Below are positions 7,537 to 19,421 of a DNA stretch of 19,421 nt, piece after piece. The DNA is taken from the UHGV virus genome UHGV-1602873, one strand, 5' to 3'. The stretch is from a virus. A program made the translations under genes and the position numbers. Positions within the stretch are counted from its first letter, which is position 1. Every line of letters starts with the position of its first letter. A model generated the notes under the pieces. It searched no databases and was not told the origin of the DNA. It was given only the letters and a program-made list of their open reading frames with translations.

Positions 7537-7562
7537 TTCATAATATTTTATTCTGAGATAAT

Positions 7563-7799
7563 TTAAACTACCCACTCACCTCGAATCCATGCCTGCACTT
7601 CTGAAAGACGATATGCAACAGCAGTGGAACCAATCTTGATCCGCTTAGGAAATTTTCCTTCCTTCTCCAGCTTCCAGCGTGTGCTGTTCGCAAGAGTGGT
7701 TAGCTCCCGACATTCTTTCTCACGGATCATTCGGTCAATGTTAGGAATGTACTCCAGACCCTTTTTATCAACAATTGCCATTTTTTTCATGTTAACCAA
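7563..7799 (-). CDS. alpA: AlpA-family transcriptional regulator/excisionase-like protein (78 aa)
   Basis: Signature LEYIPNIDRMIREKECRELTTLANSTRWKLEKEGKFPKRIKIGSTAVAYRLSEVQAWI; overlaps the integrase stop by 8 nt. Confidence 0.85.
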   Translation of the reverse strand: MVNMKKMAIVDKKGLEYIPNIDRMIREKECRELTTLANSTRWKLEKEGKFPKRIKIGSTAVAYRLSEVQAWIRGEWVV

Positions 7800-9027
7800 C
7801 CTTTTGTTTGAGGATTGTCACTTTTGAATCAGCACCTGCGATGCTATTGAGATATGTAGTCCAGAGTTCCAGAGCATCCAGTTTTTTAGCCATAAACTTA
7901 CTCCGGTTGTAAACACCTGCCACGCCAGGTAGCGCATGGCCTAACAGTTGTTCTACTACATAAAATTCAACACCGAGATCACTTAGATGAGTAGATAGCG
8001 TTCTTCTAAGGTCGTGTAGTGACCATTGTTTTTCATGGCCCAAACGTTTACCGATTTTCCCCCCAATCTTGCTTACGCTTTCTCTAATTCGCAGACTTCC
8101 CAGCACATAACCAGTATGTTTTGTCTCTTCGTGAACATCCGTTACCCACTGTCGTAGAATTTCAGGTACTGGTCTGACGATTTCAACACCAGTTTTTGAG
8201 TGATCTTTTGGTACAGTCCAAACCCAACTTTCGAGATCCCATTCGCTCCATTCTGATAATCGGGCTTCACTCATTCGACATCCAAATACTGTACAAAGCA
8301 CAAACATTTTTCGCGTGTATTCAGACATTAGTTTTAAATCAGGCTCGACAAAAATTGCCTTCCAGAGCTGGCCGAGTTCGGCTTCATCCAGAACCCGATC
8401 CCGCTTACCTGCAATCTGCCCCACATCACTCATGCGCAAATCCTTTAAAGCATCACACGTCGCGTACTGGCGTACCCGACAAAAACGAAGAGCTAATTTA
8501 GTGTCAGAAAAAACATACGCCGCCATAACTGGTGCATTACGTTTAATTCGGTCAAAACAGTCCAGCCATTCATATAGGTGAGTGTCATTTACGGGCAAAT
8601 GACCGATATAGGGAAAGATATGCTTTCGAAATCTGCCAAGCGTTACAGCATGAGTTTTACGACGCACCTTACAGTAATTTTCATACCAGTAATTTAGTGC
8701 ATCCTCCACTGTAACCGGCTTTAAGCGTTCTTCAGCCTGAATCTTAATCTGGATACGCGGATCACGTTTGTCAGCCAACCAACCACGGCACTCGTCGCGC
8801 TTTTCCCTTGCCTGTTTGAGTGACATATCAGGATATTTACCCAACGTTAGCCAGACCGGAGCAGCCCGGCCACCTGCTAACCTGTAGAAGAAAACAAAGC
8901 TCACAGCCCCTTTAGTACTCACACGAATAGAAAGCCCCTTTCCATCAGCAATGGTGATCTGCTTTTCTCTGGGTTTCCCCAGATATCCTTTAAGCGCTTT
9001 GTCGCTCAGTTTGTTCTCGCCAGCCAT
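7792..9027 (-). CDS. int: Tyrosine site-specific integrase, P4 family (start chosen at MAGENK; raw ORF extends to 9078)
   Basis: N-terminal arm-binding-like region (KALKGYLGKPREKQITIADGKGLSIRVS...), catalytic box HDLRRT and C-terminal tyrosine in GVAGVYNRS. Confidence 0.9.
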   Translation of the reverse strand: MAGENKLSDKALKGYLGKPREKQITIADGKGLSIRVSTKGAVSFVFFYRLAGGRAAPVWLTLGKYPDMSLKQAREKRDECRGWLADKRDPRIQIKIQAEERLKPVTVEDALNYWYENYCKVRRKTHAVTLGRFRKHIFPYIGHLPVNDTHLYEWLDCFDRIKRNAPVMAAYVFSDTKLALRFCRVRQYATCDALKDLRMSDVGQIAGKRDRVLDEAELGQLWKAIFVEPDLKLMSEYTRKMFVLCTVFGCRMSEARLSEWSEWDLESWVWTVPKDHSKTGVEIVRPVPEILRQWVTDVHEETKHTGYVLGSLRIRESVSKIGGKIGKRLGHEKQWSLHDLRRTLSTHLSDLGVEFYVVEQLLGHALPGVAGVYNRSKFMAKKLDALELWTTYLNSIAGADSKVTILKQKVG

Positions 9028-9159
9028 TTTTAGCCCCAAAAAGCAATACAAGCTGCAATACAGAGATGATTGCAACACACAGATAACGAGGAAAATTCAG
9101 TGAAAGCACCAGATAAACTTATTCTTTATTATCAAAAGATTAAGTGTAAAAACCAGCAA

Positions 9160-9435
9160 CTACACGAAAGCCTCAGAAAGCCATGCTAAGTGCTTGGGTT
9201 TGACATATCCCGGCGTAAATTCAGAGGTGGAGCCGCCACGGGAACGGATAACCTCACCGGAAACAATCGGCGAAACGTACAGCGCCATGTTTACCAGTCC
9301 CGGAATTTGTGAGAGATAGACTTTCTCCGTGGTGAAGGGATAGCTCTCACGGAAAAAGAGACGCAGAAACAGCGGATCAAACTTAAATTTCTGCTCATTT
9401 GCCGCCAGCAGCTGGGCGGTTGTGTACATCGACAT
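9160..9435 (-). pseudogene. E: Truncated lambda-type major capsid gene E (first ~82 codons, then 9 unrelated codons and a stop)
   Basis: MSMYTTAQLLAANEQKFKFDPLFLRLFF...TPGYVKPKH matches the lambda gpE N-terminus as recalled; the frame then reads LAWLSEAFV-stop at ~9190-9160, next to the integrase gene. Confidence 0.85.
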
Positions 9436-9440
9436 AAAAA

Positions 9441-9480
9441 AATCCCGTAAAAAAAGCCGCACAGGCGGCCTTTAGTGATG
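9441..9480 (-). terminator. GC hairpin plus U-tract in the D-E intergenic region (attenuator/terminator-like)
   Basis: On the minus strand: GCCGCC-TGT-GCGGC followed by TTTTTTT between the gpD stop and the E start. Confidence 0.35.
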
Positions 9481-9490
9481 AAGGGTAAGG

Positions 9491-9823
9491 TTAAACGATG
9501 CTGATTGCCGTTCCGGCAAACGCGGTCCGTTTTTTCGTCTCGTCGCTGGCAGCCTCCGGCCAGAGCACATCCTCATAACGGAACGTGCCGGACTTGTAGA
9601 ACGTCAGCGTGGTGCTGGTCTGGTCAGCATCAACCGCCAGAATGCCAACGGCAGTACCGTCGGTGGTGCCATCCCACGCAACCAGCTTACGGGTGGAGGT
9701 GTCCAGCATCAGCGGGGTCATTGCAGGCGCTTTCGCACTCAATCCGCCGGGCGCGGTTGCCGTATGTGCCGGGTCACTGTTGCCCAGCGGCTGGTAATGG
9801 GTAAAGGTTTCTTTGCTCGTCAT
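9491..9823 (-). CDS. D: Head decoration protein gpD (110 aa)
   Basis: Near-identical to lambda D as recalled ([12 protein letters not shown]...GTAISIV). Confidence 0.9.
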   Translation of the reverse strand: MTSKETFTHYQPLGNSDPAHTATAPGGLSAKAPAMTPLMLDTSTRKLVAWDGTTDGTAVGILAVDADQTSTTLTFYKSGTFRYEDVLWPEAASDETKKRTAFAGTAISIV

Positions 9824-9832
9824 AAACATCCC

Positions 9833-10438
9833 TTACACTGGTGTGTTCAGCAAATCGTTAACGGCATCAGATGCCGGGTTACCTGCAGCCAGTGGTGCCG
9901 GTGCCCCCTGCATCAGACGATCCAGCGCAGTGTCACTGCGCGCCTGTGCACTCTGTGGTGCAGCTGCCAGAATGCGGCGGGCCGTTTCCACGGTCATACC
10001 GGGGGTTTCGGCCAGCACACGTGCCTGTTCTTCTCGTCCGTGAGCTTCCTCACAGTTGAGGATCCCCATAATGCGGCTGTTTTCTGCCGCAACCGCAGCG
10101 GTGATCTGCGCGTTCACGTCCGGCTGCGCCGCGCTGGCGTTTTCGCCCTCCGTCGCTTGCACCACGTCAGTAACGTCAGCCTGCGAAGCAGTGGTTGAAA
10201 CAGTTGTTGATTGAGTCTCTTTGGTCATTCGCCCTCCTGAGAGACGGGATTTACGTGCATCCAGTGCATCACGCATAACGGTGATCGCATCGGTGCTGTT
10301 GACAAGTTCATCAGCCAGTCCGGCATCAATGGCCTCCTGACCGCTGTACACTGCAGCCTCGGTATCCAGCACAGCCTGCACGGACAGGCCGGTATATGCC
10401 GACACCTTCTGCGCAAACATCCGGCGGGTTGCATCCAT
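9833..10438 (-). CDS. nu3: Capsid scaffolding protein Nu3 (in frame with and sharing the C-terminus of gpC)
   Basis: Internal ATG (MDATRRMFAQ...) giving 201 aa, the same nested arrangement as lambda Nu3 within C. Confidence 0.7.
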   Translation of the reverse strand: MDATRRMFAQKVSAYTGLSVQAVLDTEAAVYSGQEAIDAGLADELVNSTDAITVMRDALDARKSRLSGGRMTKETQSTTVSTTASQADVTDVVQATEGENASAAQPDVNAQITAAVAAENSRIMGILNCEEAHGREEQARVLAETPGMTVETARRILAAAPQSAQARSDTALDRLMQGAPAPLAAGNPASDAVNDLLNTPV

Positions 10439-11132
10439 CCGGGACTGCAGTGTCTCCCGGACATCACCCGGTAGATGGCTGTAGGGGTTGCCATCCACCT
10501 TATGGCTGCCGCTGTAAATCAGCGTGATTTCCACGCCCTGTTTCTCCAGCGCAGCGCCGTAATTACTGTGAGCCATCATGACGCCGATGGAGCCTGTCCG
10601 GGCGGTCTGCGTGACCAGACGCCGGGAGGCGGCGCTGGCAAGCAGCTGACCTGCACTGCAGTTCATGTCGTTGGCCAGCGCCCATACCGGCTTTATGTCA
10701 CGCACACGGGCGATGATGTCAGCACAGTCAAATGCTCCCGCCACCATCCCGCCCGGTGTGTCCATATCGAGCAGAATGCCGTCCACCATCGGATCGCTGG
10801 CAGCCTGTTGCAGACGGGCGATAATGCCGTTGTAACCGGTCATCCCCGAATACGGCTGCAGCGCCCGCGTCCGGCTGACCAGCGTGCCGGACACCGGCAG
10901 CACGGCGATGCCGTTCATGACCTGATAACTGCGGGCCTGTCGTGGTCCGTCATCATCAACGGATAACGCCAGCGCCGCGGGTGCCTCTCCGGCAGTCAGG
11001 CTGTCGCCGGACACCGCATCCGTCAGGCGGCTGATCCCAAGCTGGCCTGCAAGCGCACAAAAGAAAACCCGCGCATAGGCGGGTTCAAGCATCAGCGGCT
11101 CATTAAAGGCCATACTGGCAATATGCGGGAGA

Positions 11133-11152
<20 letters not shown>
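9833..11152 (-). CDS. C: Head protease/scaffold gpC (439 aa, GTG start)
   Basis: Starts VTAELRNLPHIASMAFNEPLMLEPAYARVFF with GTG at 11150-11152 preceded by GGAGGAG; the raw ORF's upstream extension is rejected; overlaps the end of B as in lambda. Confidence 0.9.
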
Positions 11153-14833
<3,681 letters not shown>

Positions 14834-14859
<26 letters not shown>

Positions 14860-15379
14860 TCAGCAACCCCGGTATCAGTTCATCCAGCGCGGCTGCTTTG
14901 TTCATGGCTTTGATAATATCCCGTTTCAGGAAATCAACATGTCGGTTTTCCAGTTCCGGAAAACGCCGCTGCACCGACAGGGGGATCCCGTCGAGAATAC
15001 TGGCAATTTCACCTGCGATCCGCGACAACACGAAAGTACAGAATGCGGTTTCCACCACTTCAGCGGAGTCTCTGGCATTCTTCAGTTCCTGTGCGTCGGC
15101 CTGCGCACGCGTAAGTCGATGGCGTTCGTACTCAATAGTCCCTGGCTGGAGATCTGCCTCGCTGACCTGCCGCAGTTCTTCAACCTCCCGGCGCAGCTTT
15201 TCGTTCTCAATTTCAGCATCCCTTTCGGCATACCATTTTATGACGGCGGCAGAGTCATAAAGCACCTCATTACCCTTGCCACCGCCTCGCAGAACGGGCA
15301 TTCCCTGTTCCTGCCAGTTCTGAATGGTACGGATACTCGCACCGAAAATGTCAGCCAGCTGCTTTTTGTTGACTTCCAT
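14834..15379 (-). CDS. nu1: Terminase small subunit Nu1 (181 aa)
   Basis: MEVNKKQLADIFGASIRTIQNWQEQGMPVLRGGGKGNEVLYDSAAVIKWYAERD... matches lambda Nu1. Confidence 0.95.
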
Positions 15380-15600
15380 TGTTCATTCCACGGACAAAAA
15401 CAGAGAAAGGAAACGACAGAGGCCAAAAAGCTCGCTTTCAGCACCTGTCGCTTCCTTTCTTTTCAGAGGGTATTTTAAATAAAAACATTAAGTTATGACG
15501 AAGAAGAACGGAAACGCCTTAAACCGGAAAATTTTCATAAATAGCGAAAACCCGCGAGGTCGCCGCCCCGTAACCTGTCGGATCGCCGGAAAGGACCCGC
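15380..15600. other. Lambda-type cos site (cos1): cosB, cosN with the 12-nt cohesive-end sequence at 15557-15568, cosQ-side flank
   Basis: Reverse complement of 15544-15578 reads ACAGGTTACG-GGGCGGCGACCT-CGCGGGTTTTCGC, i.e. lambda right end, cohesive end and left end joined. Confidence 0.85.
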
Positions 15601-15767
15601 AAAATGATAATAATTATCATCTGCATGTCACAACGTGCATCTACGCCATCAAACCACGTCAAATAATCAATTATGACGCAGGTATCATATTAATTGATCT
15701 GCATCAACTTAACGTAAAAACAACTTCAGACAATACAAATCAGCGACACTGAATACGGGACAACCTC

Positions 15768-16001
15768 ATGTCAACGAAGAACAGAACCCGCAGAACAACA
15801 ACCCGCAACATCCGCTTTCCTAACCAAATGATTGAACAAATTAACATCGCTCTTGAGCAAAAAGGGTCCGGGAATTTCTCAGCCTGGGTCATTGAAGCCT
15901 GCCGCCGGAGACTGTGCTCAGAAAAAAGAGTTTCTCCTGAAGCAAACAAAGAAAAGAGTGACATTACTGAATTGCTCAGAAAACAGATCAGACCAGATTG
16001 A
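15768..16001 (+). CDS. Small basic protein, possible ribbon-helix-helix DNA-binding protein (77 aa)
   Basis: Arg-rich N-terminus followed by NIRFPNQMIEQINIALEQKG (RHH-like pattern); no strong SD, so tentative. Confidence 0.45.
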   Translation: MSTKNRTRRTTTRNIRFPNQMIEQINIALEQKGSGNFSAWVIEACRRRLCSEKRVSPEANKEKSDITELLRKQIRPD

Positions 16002-16059
16002 AGCAATTTAGATAATCGTGCAGACTACGCCCCCCTCATATCACATGGAAGGTTTATCT

Positions 16060-16470
16060 ATGGATCAGGTAGTCATTTTTAAACAAATATTTGATAAAGT
16101 TCGAAACGATTTAAACTATCAATGGTTTTATTCTGAGCTAAAACGTCACAATGTCTCACATTACATTTACTATTTAGCCACAGAGAATGTTCATATTGTA
16201 TTAAAAAATGATAATACAGTGTTATTAAAGGGCCTAAAAAACATTGTGTCTGTCAAATTTTCAAAGGATAGGCATCTTATAGAAACGACCTCTAATAAGC
16301 TGAAATCCAGAGAGATCACATTTCAGGAATACAGAAGAAACCTTGCTAAAGCAGGAGTTTTTCGGTGGGTTACAAATATCCACGAACAAAAAAGATATTA
16401 CTATACCTTTGATAATTCATTACTCTTTACTGAAAACATACAGAGCACATCACAAATGTTTCCACACTAA
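16060..16470 (+). CDS. YbcV-like prophage protein (DUF1398 family), 136 aa from MDQVV start
   Basis: Resembles YbcV-type proteins of lambdoid prophages from memory; GGAAGG SD 8 nt upstream of ATG at 16060; AT-rich gene opposite in orientation to the lysis genes. Confidence 0.55.
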   Translation: MDQVVIFKQIFDKVRNDLNYQWFYSELKRHNVSHYIYYLATENVHIVLKNDNTVLLKGLKNIVSVKFSKDRHLIETTSNKLKSREITFQEYRRNLAKAGVFRWVTNIHEQKRYYYTFDNSLLFTENIQSTSQMFPH

Positions 16471-16772
16471 ACCATAACGTCCGGTTTCTTCTACCCCTGC
16501 ACCGGACTGGCTGACATGAAGAGCAACCCCGCGTTCAGTTGACGCGTTAATAACCCGGTGTGCATCGTTTTTGATTATTCCCGCACACTCACGCAGAAGG
16601 AATTCCCCGTCGGGCTACGGTCATGGTTAATGCGGGAATACGGCGACGATACAGCGCATGATGTGTCAGGCTTGAATACCTTTATCCGTTAAAAGGGATA
16701 TCAGTTAAGTTATCCCGTGCAGGGTATAAGCCATTATCAAGCCCCCCGTAGATAGGCTTTGTAATGACATCT

Positions 16773-17297
16773 TCAATTAATCAGCAGTTCAGGCTGTGTC
16801 ACCTGCAAGATGTATTCATGCTCGACAGCCAGGACACGCTTCTCTTTCTTCCGTTCGTTCATTAACCGACTGCCGATCGTACCTTTCAGCTTTGAGCGTG
16901 TTTCTTTGATGGCGTAGCGGTGCTGCATTTCTTCGCCAATTGCCATGCGGCGGCTCAGTTGTTCTGCCATCCAGTTGAATGCTGCGATATAGCTCTCCTT
17001 GATTGCCGCAGCAGCTTTCCCGGTGAACCCCATCACAACCATGATCCAGCCATCTTTCGTCAGGCTGTACATCGGGCGAACCTTGCCCTGCTCATCGATA
17101 TAATCAGCCGACGCAAAATTGCGTTGGCTAAACTCACGCGAGCAATCAGCCTTAACCTGCTCGATTTTCCTGAGAACATCACCGTGTCGCTTGCCGAAGT
17201 ACTTGGCAATTTTTCTGGATGTGGTAACGACCTCTCCGTTTTTGGCTTGCACCATTTCTCGGAAGTCGAAGGCTGGAATAACTGAATGATTATTCAT
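16773..17297 (-). CDS. Rha-family phage regulatory protein (174 aa from MNNHSV start)
   Basis: N-terminal MNNHSVIPAFDFREMVQAKNGEVVTTSRKIAKYFGKRHGDVLRKIEQV is a typical Rha/ORF6-N domain; the raw ORF's 81-codon upstream extension is rejected. Confidence 0.7.
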   Translation of the reverse strand: MNNHSVIPAFDFREMVQAKNGEVVTTSRKIAKYFGKRHGDVLRKIEQVKADCSREFSQRNFASADYIDEQGKVRPMYSLTKDGWIMVVMGFTGKAAAAIKESYIAAFNWMAEQLSRRMAIGEEMQHRYAIKETRSKLKGTIGSRLMNERKKEKRVLAVEHEYILQVTQPELLIN

Positions 17298-17435
17298 AGC
17301 GTCTTTACCTTTTAGAAAGTGAGCCTGTCTCACAGAAAAGCCGCCCGAGAGAGGTCGCCACCTATAACGGCATTTCTCAGGCTCGCTTACTGAAAGGCTC
17401 TCGTTAATATGCGCGTGAGATGCGCTGTGAAATTC

Positions 17436-17468
17436 AGATATAAAAAGCCCCGCGAATGCGAGGCTAAA
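17436..17468 (-). terminator. Intrinsic terminator downstream of the lysis cassette
   Basis: Minus-strand RNA GCCUCGC-AUUC-GCGGGGC (7-bp stem with one G-U pair) followed by UUUUUAUAU. Confidence 0.55.
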
Positions 17469-17639
17469 TCCTGGTATTTGTAATGAACTGGCTCTTATCT
17501 CAACGCAGCCCCTTACTGCGCGCCAGATGCTCAATATCAAGCATCAGCAATGAGATGTTTAATCTGGATTTACTCCAGAAGTGATCACCACCCTGTCTAC
17601 AGAGCCAGATGTGAAGGATGATGAGTAAAATTATCGCTA

Positions 17640-18107
17640 TCATCGAAGGCATTGCGTCCTAATGTATTCCTGAAGCGTTCTCAGTGCTGTTTGGTCGCGG
17701 ATAATTCCGTCCCGGATATCGAGAACGTTTCGTCCAGCAACTGGAGAGAGTTCGACGGTGGCATCATTGCCCATGCCGGAGGCGCTGGAGGTTTCGGCAG
17801 AGGATGGCACAGGGCATTTTCCTTTGACGAGCACCCTGCCACCATTATCAAGCTTCCGCAGAAGAGCATCATTTTCAGCTTTCGCATCAGCTAACTCCTT
17901 CGTGTATTTTGCATCGAGCGCAGCAACATCACGCTGACGCATCTGCATGTCAGTAATTGCCGCGTTCGCCAGCTTCAGTTCTCTGACATTTTTGTCGCGC
18001 TGGGCTTTGTAGGTAATGGCGTTATCACGGTAATGATTAACAGCCCATGACAGGCAGACGATGATGCAGATAACCAGAGCGGAGATAATCGCGGTTACTC
18101 TGTTCAT
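17640..18107 (-). CDS. Rz: Rz i-spanin
   Basis: N-terminal TM anchor and coiled coil ([40 protein letters not shown]...) matching lambda Rz; overlaps the endolysin stop. Confidence 0.8.
   Translation of the reverse strand: MNRVTAIISALVICIIVCLSWAVNHYRDNAITYKAQRDKNVRELKLANAAITDMQMRQRDVAALDAKYTKELADAKAENDALLRKLDNGGRVLVKGKCPVPSSAETSSASGMGNDATVELSPVAGRNVLDIRDGIIRDQTALRTLQEYIRTQCLR
17681..17887 (-). CDS. Rz1: Rz1 o-spanin lipoprotein, embedded in the +1 frame of Rz
   Basis: Signal peptide with lipobox VAGC and Pro-rich mature part ([16 protein letters not shown]), fully nested inside Rz. Confidence 0.7.
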   Translation of the reverse strand: MRKLKMMLFCGSLIMVAGCSSKENALCHPLPKPPAPPAWAMMPPSNSLQLLDETFSISGTELSATKQH

Positions 18108-18601
18108 TGCTGACCCCACAAACAGATTTCACGCTCAATCTCACGACGAGTCATGAGACCTTTCCATTGCTTACCGCCAGCATATGTCCAGCGACGTAGC
18201 TGATCACATGCGCCTTTGATATCGCCCTGGTTTATTTTGCGAAGAAGCGTCGATGTTCTGAAATTGCCAGCACCCACGTTGTAAACGAATGAGTAAAGAG
18301 CGCCGCGCATTGTTTCCGGTATATCGACTTTGATGTACGGGTTAATTTGTCTGGCGACCGTGGCAAGGTCTTTATTCAGGAGGGCTTTGCATTCTGCTTT
18401 GGTATACGTTTTACCGAGCATGATGTCTTTTCCTGTATGCCCGTGACATACAGTCCATACACCAACAATATCTTTGTATGGTATGTAGCTGACACCTTCC
18501 AGACCATCGTTACCACTTGGGCCAGTAATTAACACTGATGCTATAGCAATTGCTCCGCCACCAATAGCAGCAGCAACGGCTTTTCGTAATGATGGAGGCA
18601 T
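18104..18601 (-). CDS. R: SAR endolysin, T4-lysozyme-like fold (phage 21 R type), 165 aa
   Basis: N-terminal Gly/Ala-rich weakly hydrophobic SAR segment ([20 protein letters not shown]) followed by catalytic E-x8-D-x5-T ([17 protein letters not shown]). Confidence 0.9.
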   Translation of the reverse strand: MPPSLRKAVAAAIGGGAIAIASVLITGPSGNDGLEGVSYIPYKDIVGVWTVCHGHTGKDIMLGKTYTKAECKALLNKDLATVARQINPYIKVDIPETMRGALYSFVYNVGAGNFRTSTLLRKINQGDIKGACDQLRRWTYAGGKQWKGLMTRREIEREICLWGQQ

Positions 18602-18816
18602 TATTCACCTCTCGCAGCCTTGCGCTTATCTTCTTTAATCTTGAAATAAAGGTTTGTCAGGTACGTCAGCAGGCCAAATACCAGGCTACCCAGCACACCT
18701 ATTGCTGCCCACTGTGAGGGCGTGACTTTATCGAGCAGCTGTAAAAACCAGTAACCGGCACTACCTGCTGAGGTGCCATAGGCGACACCCGTTGTTAACT
18801 TATCCATGGATTTCAT
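18601..18816 (-). CDS. S: Pinholin/antiholin (phage 21 S type), 71 aa from MKSMDKL
   Basis: Two TM segments and a dual-start motif (MKSMDKL...); stop overlaps the endolysin start. Confidence 0.8.
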
Positions 18817-18883
18817 AACCCCACCTCGCAGATGCGGGTGCTGTGTAATGGAAATAAAAAGGCCACCTGACGTGGCCACCAGA

Positions 18884-19378
18884 TTATTTCCCCACCAGCT
18901 CGTTTATCTCTTTCACTGTCTGGTTAAACCGCTCTGACTCAAGCTCAACACCTAAGGCCCGACGCCCCAGCGCCATTGCTGCTTTTATTGTGGAACCGGA
19001 TCCCATAAAAAAATCAGCAACCAGATCACCAGGTCGACTACTGGCATTGATTATTTGCCTGAGCATATCCGCCGGTTTCTCACACGGATGTTTACCCGGG
19101 TAGAACTGAACGGGTTTATGCATCCAGACATCGGTATAAGGCACGGAGACTGATACGGAGAAATAGCGCCGGAGAGATTTAAACTCATCCAGCAATTCAG
19201 AATATTTGCGATTCAGTGAATCATAAGACGCCACCAGCTGGTGGTGTGGTTGTTCCAGTTGTTGTTCCTGAAACTTCTCTGCCGCTATACGGGAAAACAG
19301 TGCCTGTAACTTCCGATAGTCAGCCTCATTCGGCAACTGCCACTGACTGGCACCAAACCAGTGGGATGTAGTGGTCAA
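18884..19378 (-). CDS. Phage DNA N6-adenine methyltransferase-like protein (164 aa; apparent TTG start)
   Basis: HPCEKP motif and AdoMet-binding FxGxG (DFFMGSGST) in beta-class order; in-frame stop 7 codons upstream of the TTG start; immediately upstream of the holin. Confidence 0.55.
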
Positions 19379-19421
19379 GTAATATTGGCCACGGTTTTAC
19401 AGTAAAAATGGTATCTGTTCT

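Larger units (their letters stand above)
1..9190. mobile_element. Integrase-bearing satellite-like island (window-truncated): int, alpA, cargo, regulatory region, small-gene operon, primase-helicase, iteron ori, ssb, gpE/gpD-type head genes, cos, Nu1-like start
   Basis: Co-oriented P4-type int/AlpA/primase module plus iterons plus own capsid, decoration and cos; boundary at ~9190 where the neighbouring lambda-like E reading frame breaks. Left boundary is outside the window. Confidence 0.6.

Noticed and set aside
9079-9190. tRNA gene as integration target next to the integrase
   Set aside because: The spacer is AT-rich with no cloverleaf-compatible GC stems visible; judged by eye only, so a formal tRNA/tmRNA scan of this region and of the off-window flank is still warranted.
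16471-16772. Possible small gene or RNA between the convergent YbcV-like and Rha genes
   Set aside because: No ORF with a credible start or SD and no clean terminator or conserved RNA structure recognisable; possibly a decayed gene remnant where lambda carries bor, but not supportable from sequence alone.
17298-17540. N-terminal 81-codon extension of the Rha ORF (raw ORF 16773-17540)
   Set aside because: The extension is Cys/Arg/Ser-rich with no resemblance to Rha proteins and crosses the terminator at 17436-17468; the conserved Rha N-terminus begins at the ATG at 17297.

Overview
The window holds two phage-derived units, both read mostly on the minus strand. (1) Positions ~9190-19421 are a lambda-like prophage segment: a lysis cassette of the phage-21 type (pinholin, SAR endolysin, Rz/Rz1), a Rha-family gene, a complete cos site, then the head-packaging genes Nu1-A-W-B-C/Nu3-D in lambda order and spacing. 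Its major capsid gene E stops being lambda-like after about codon 82 and runs into a stop. (2) Directly at that break starts an integrase-bearing island (~1-9190): P4-family tyrosine integrase with overlapping AlpA, an AT-rich cargo gene for a small membrane protein, a divergent promoter region with operator-like repeats, an operon of four small unknown genes translationally coupled to a D5/P4-alpha-type primase-helicase, an iteron array (putative ori) right after the primase, an SSB with the canonical DDIPF tail, and then its own gpE-family capsid gene, gpD-family decoration gene, a second AlpA-like winged-helix gene, a second cos site with a different 12-nt cohesive-end sequence, and the first five codons of a Nu1-like gene at the window edge. 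My main hypothesis is that unit 2 is a satellite-type island that makes its own lambda-type capsid and packages by cos (analogous to capsid-forming PICIs, but with gpE/gpD-type head genes), sitting inside the capsid gene of a resident lambdoid prophage. All calls rest on reading the six-frame translations and recalled family signatures; no searches were run, and the island's far boundary and any portal/protease/large-terminase genes lie outside the window.
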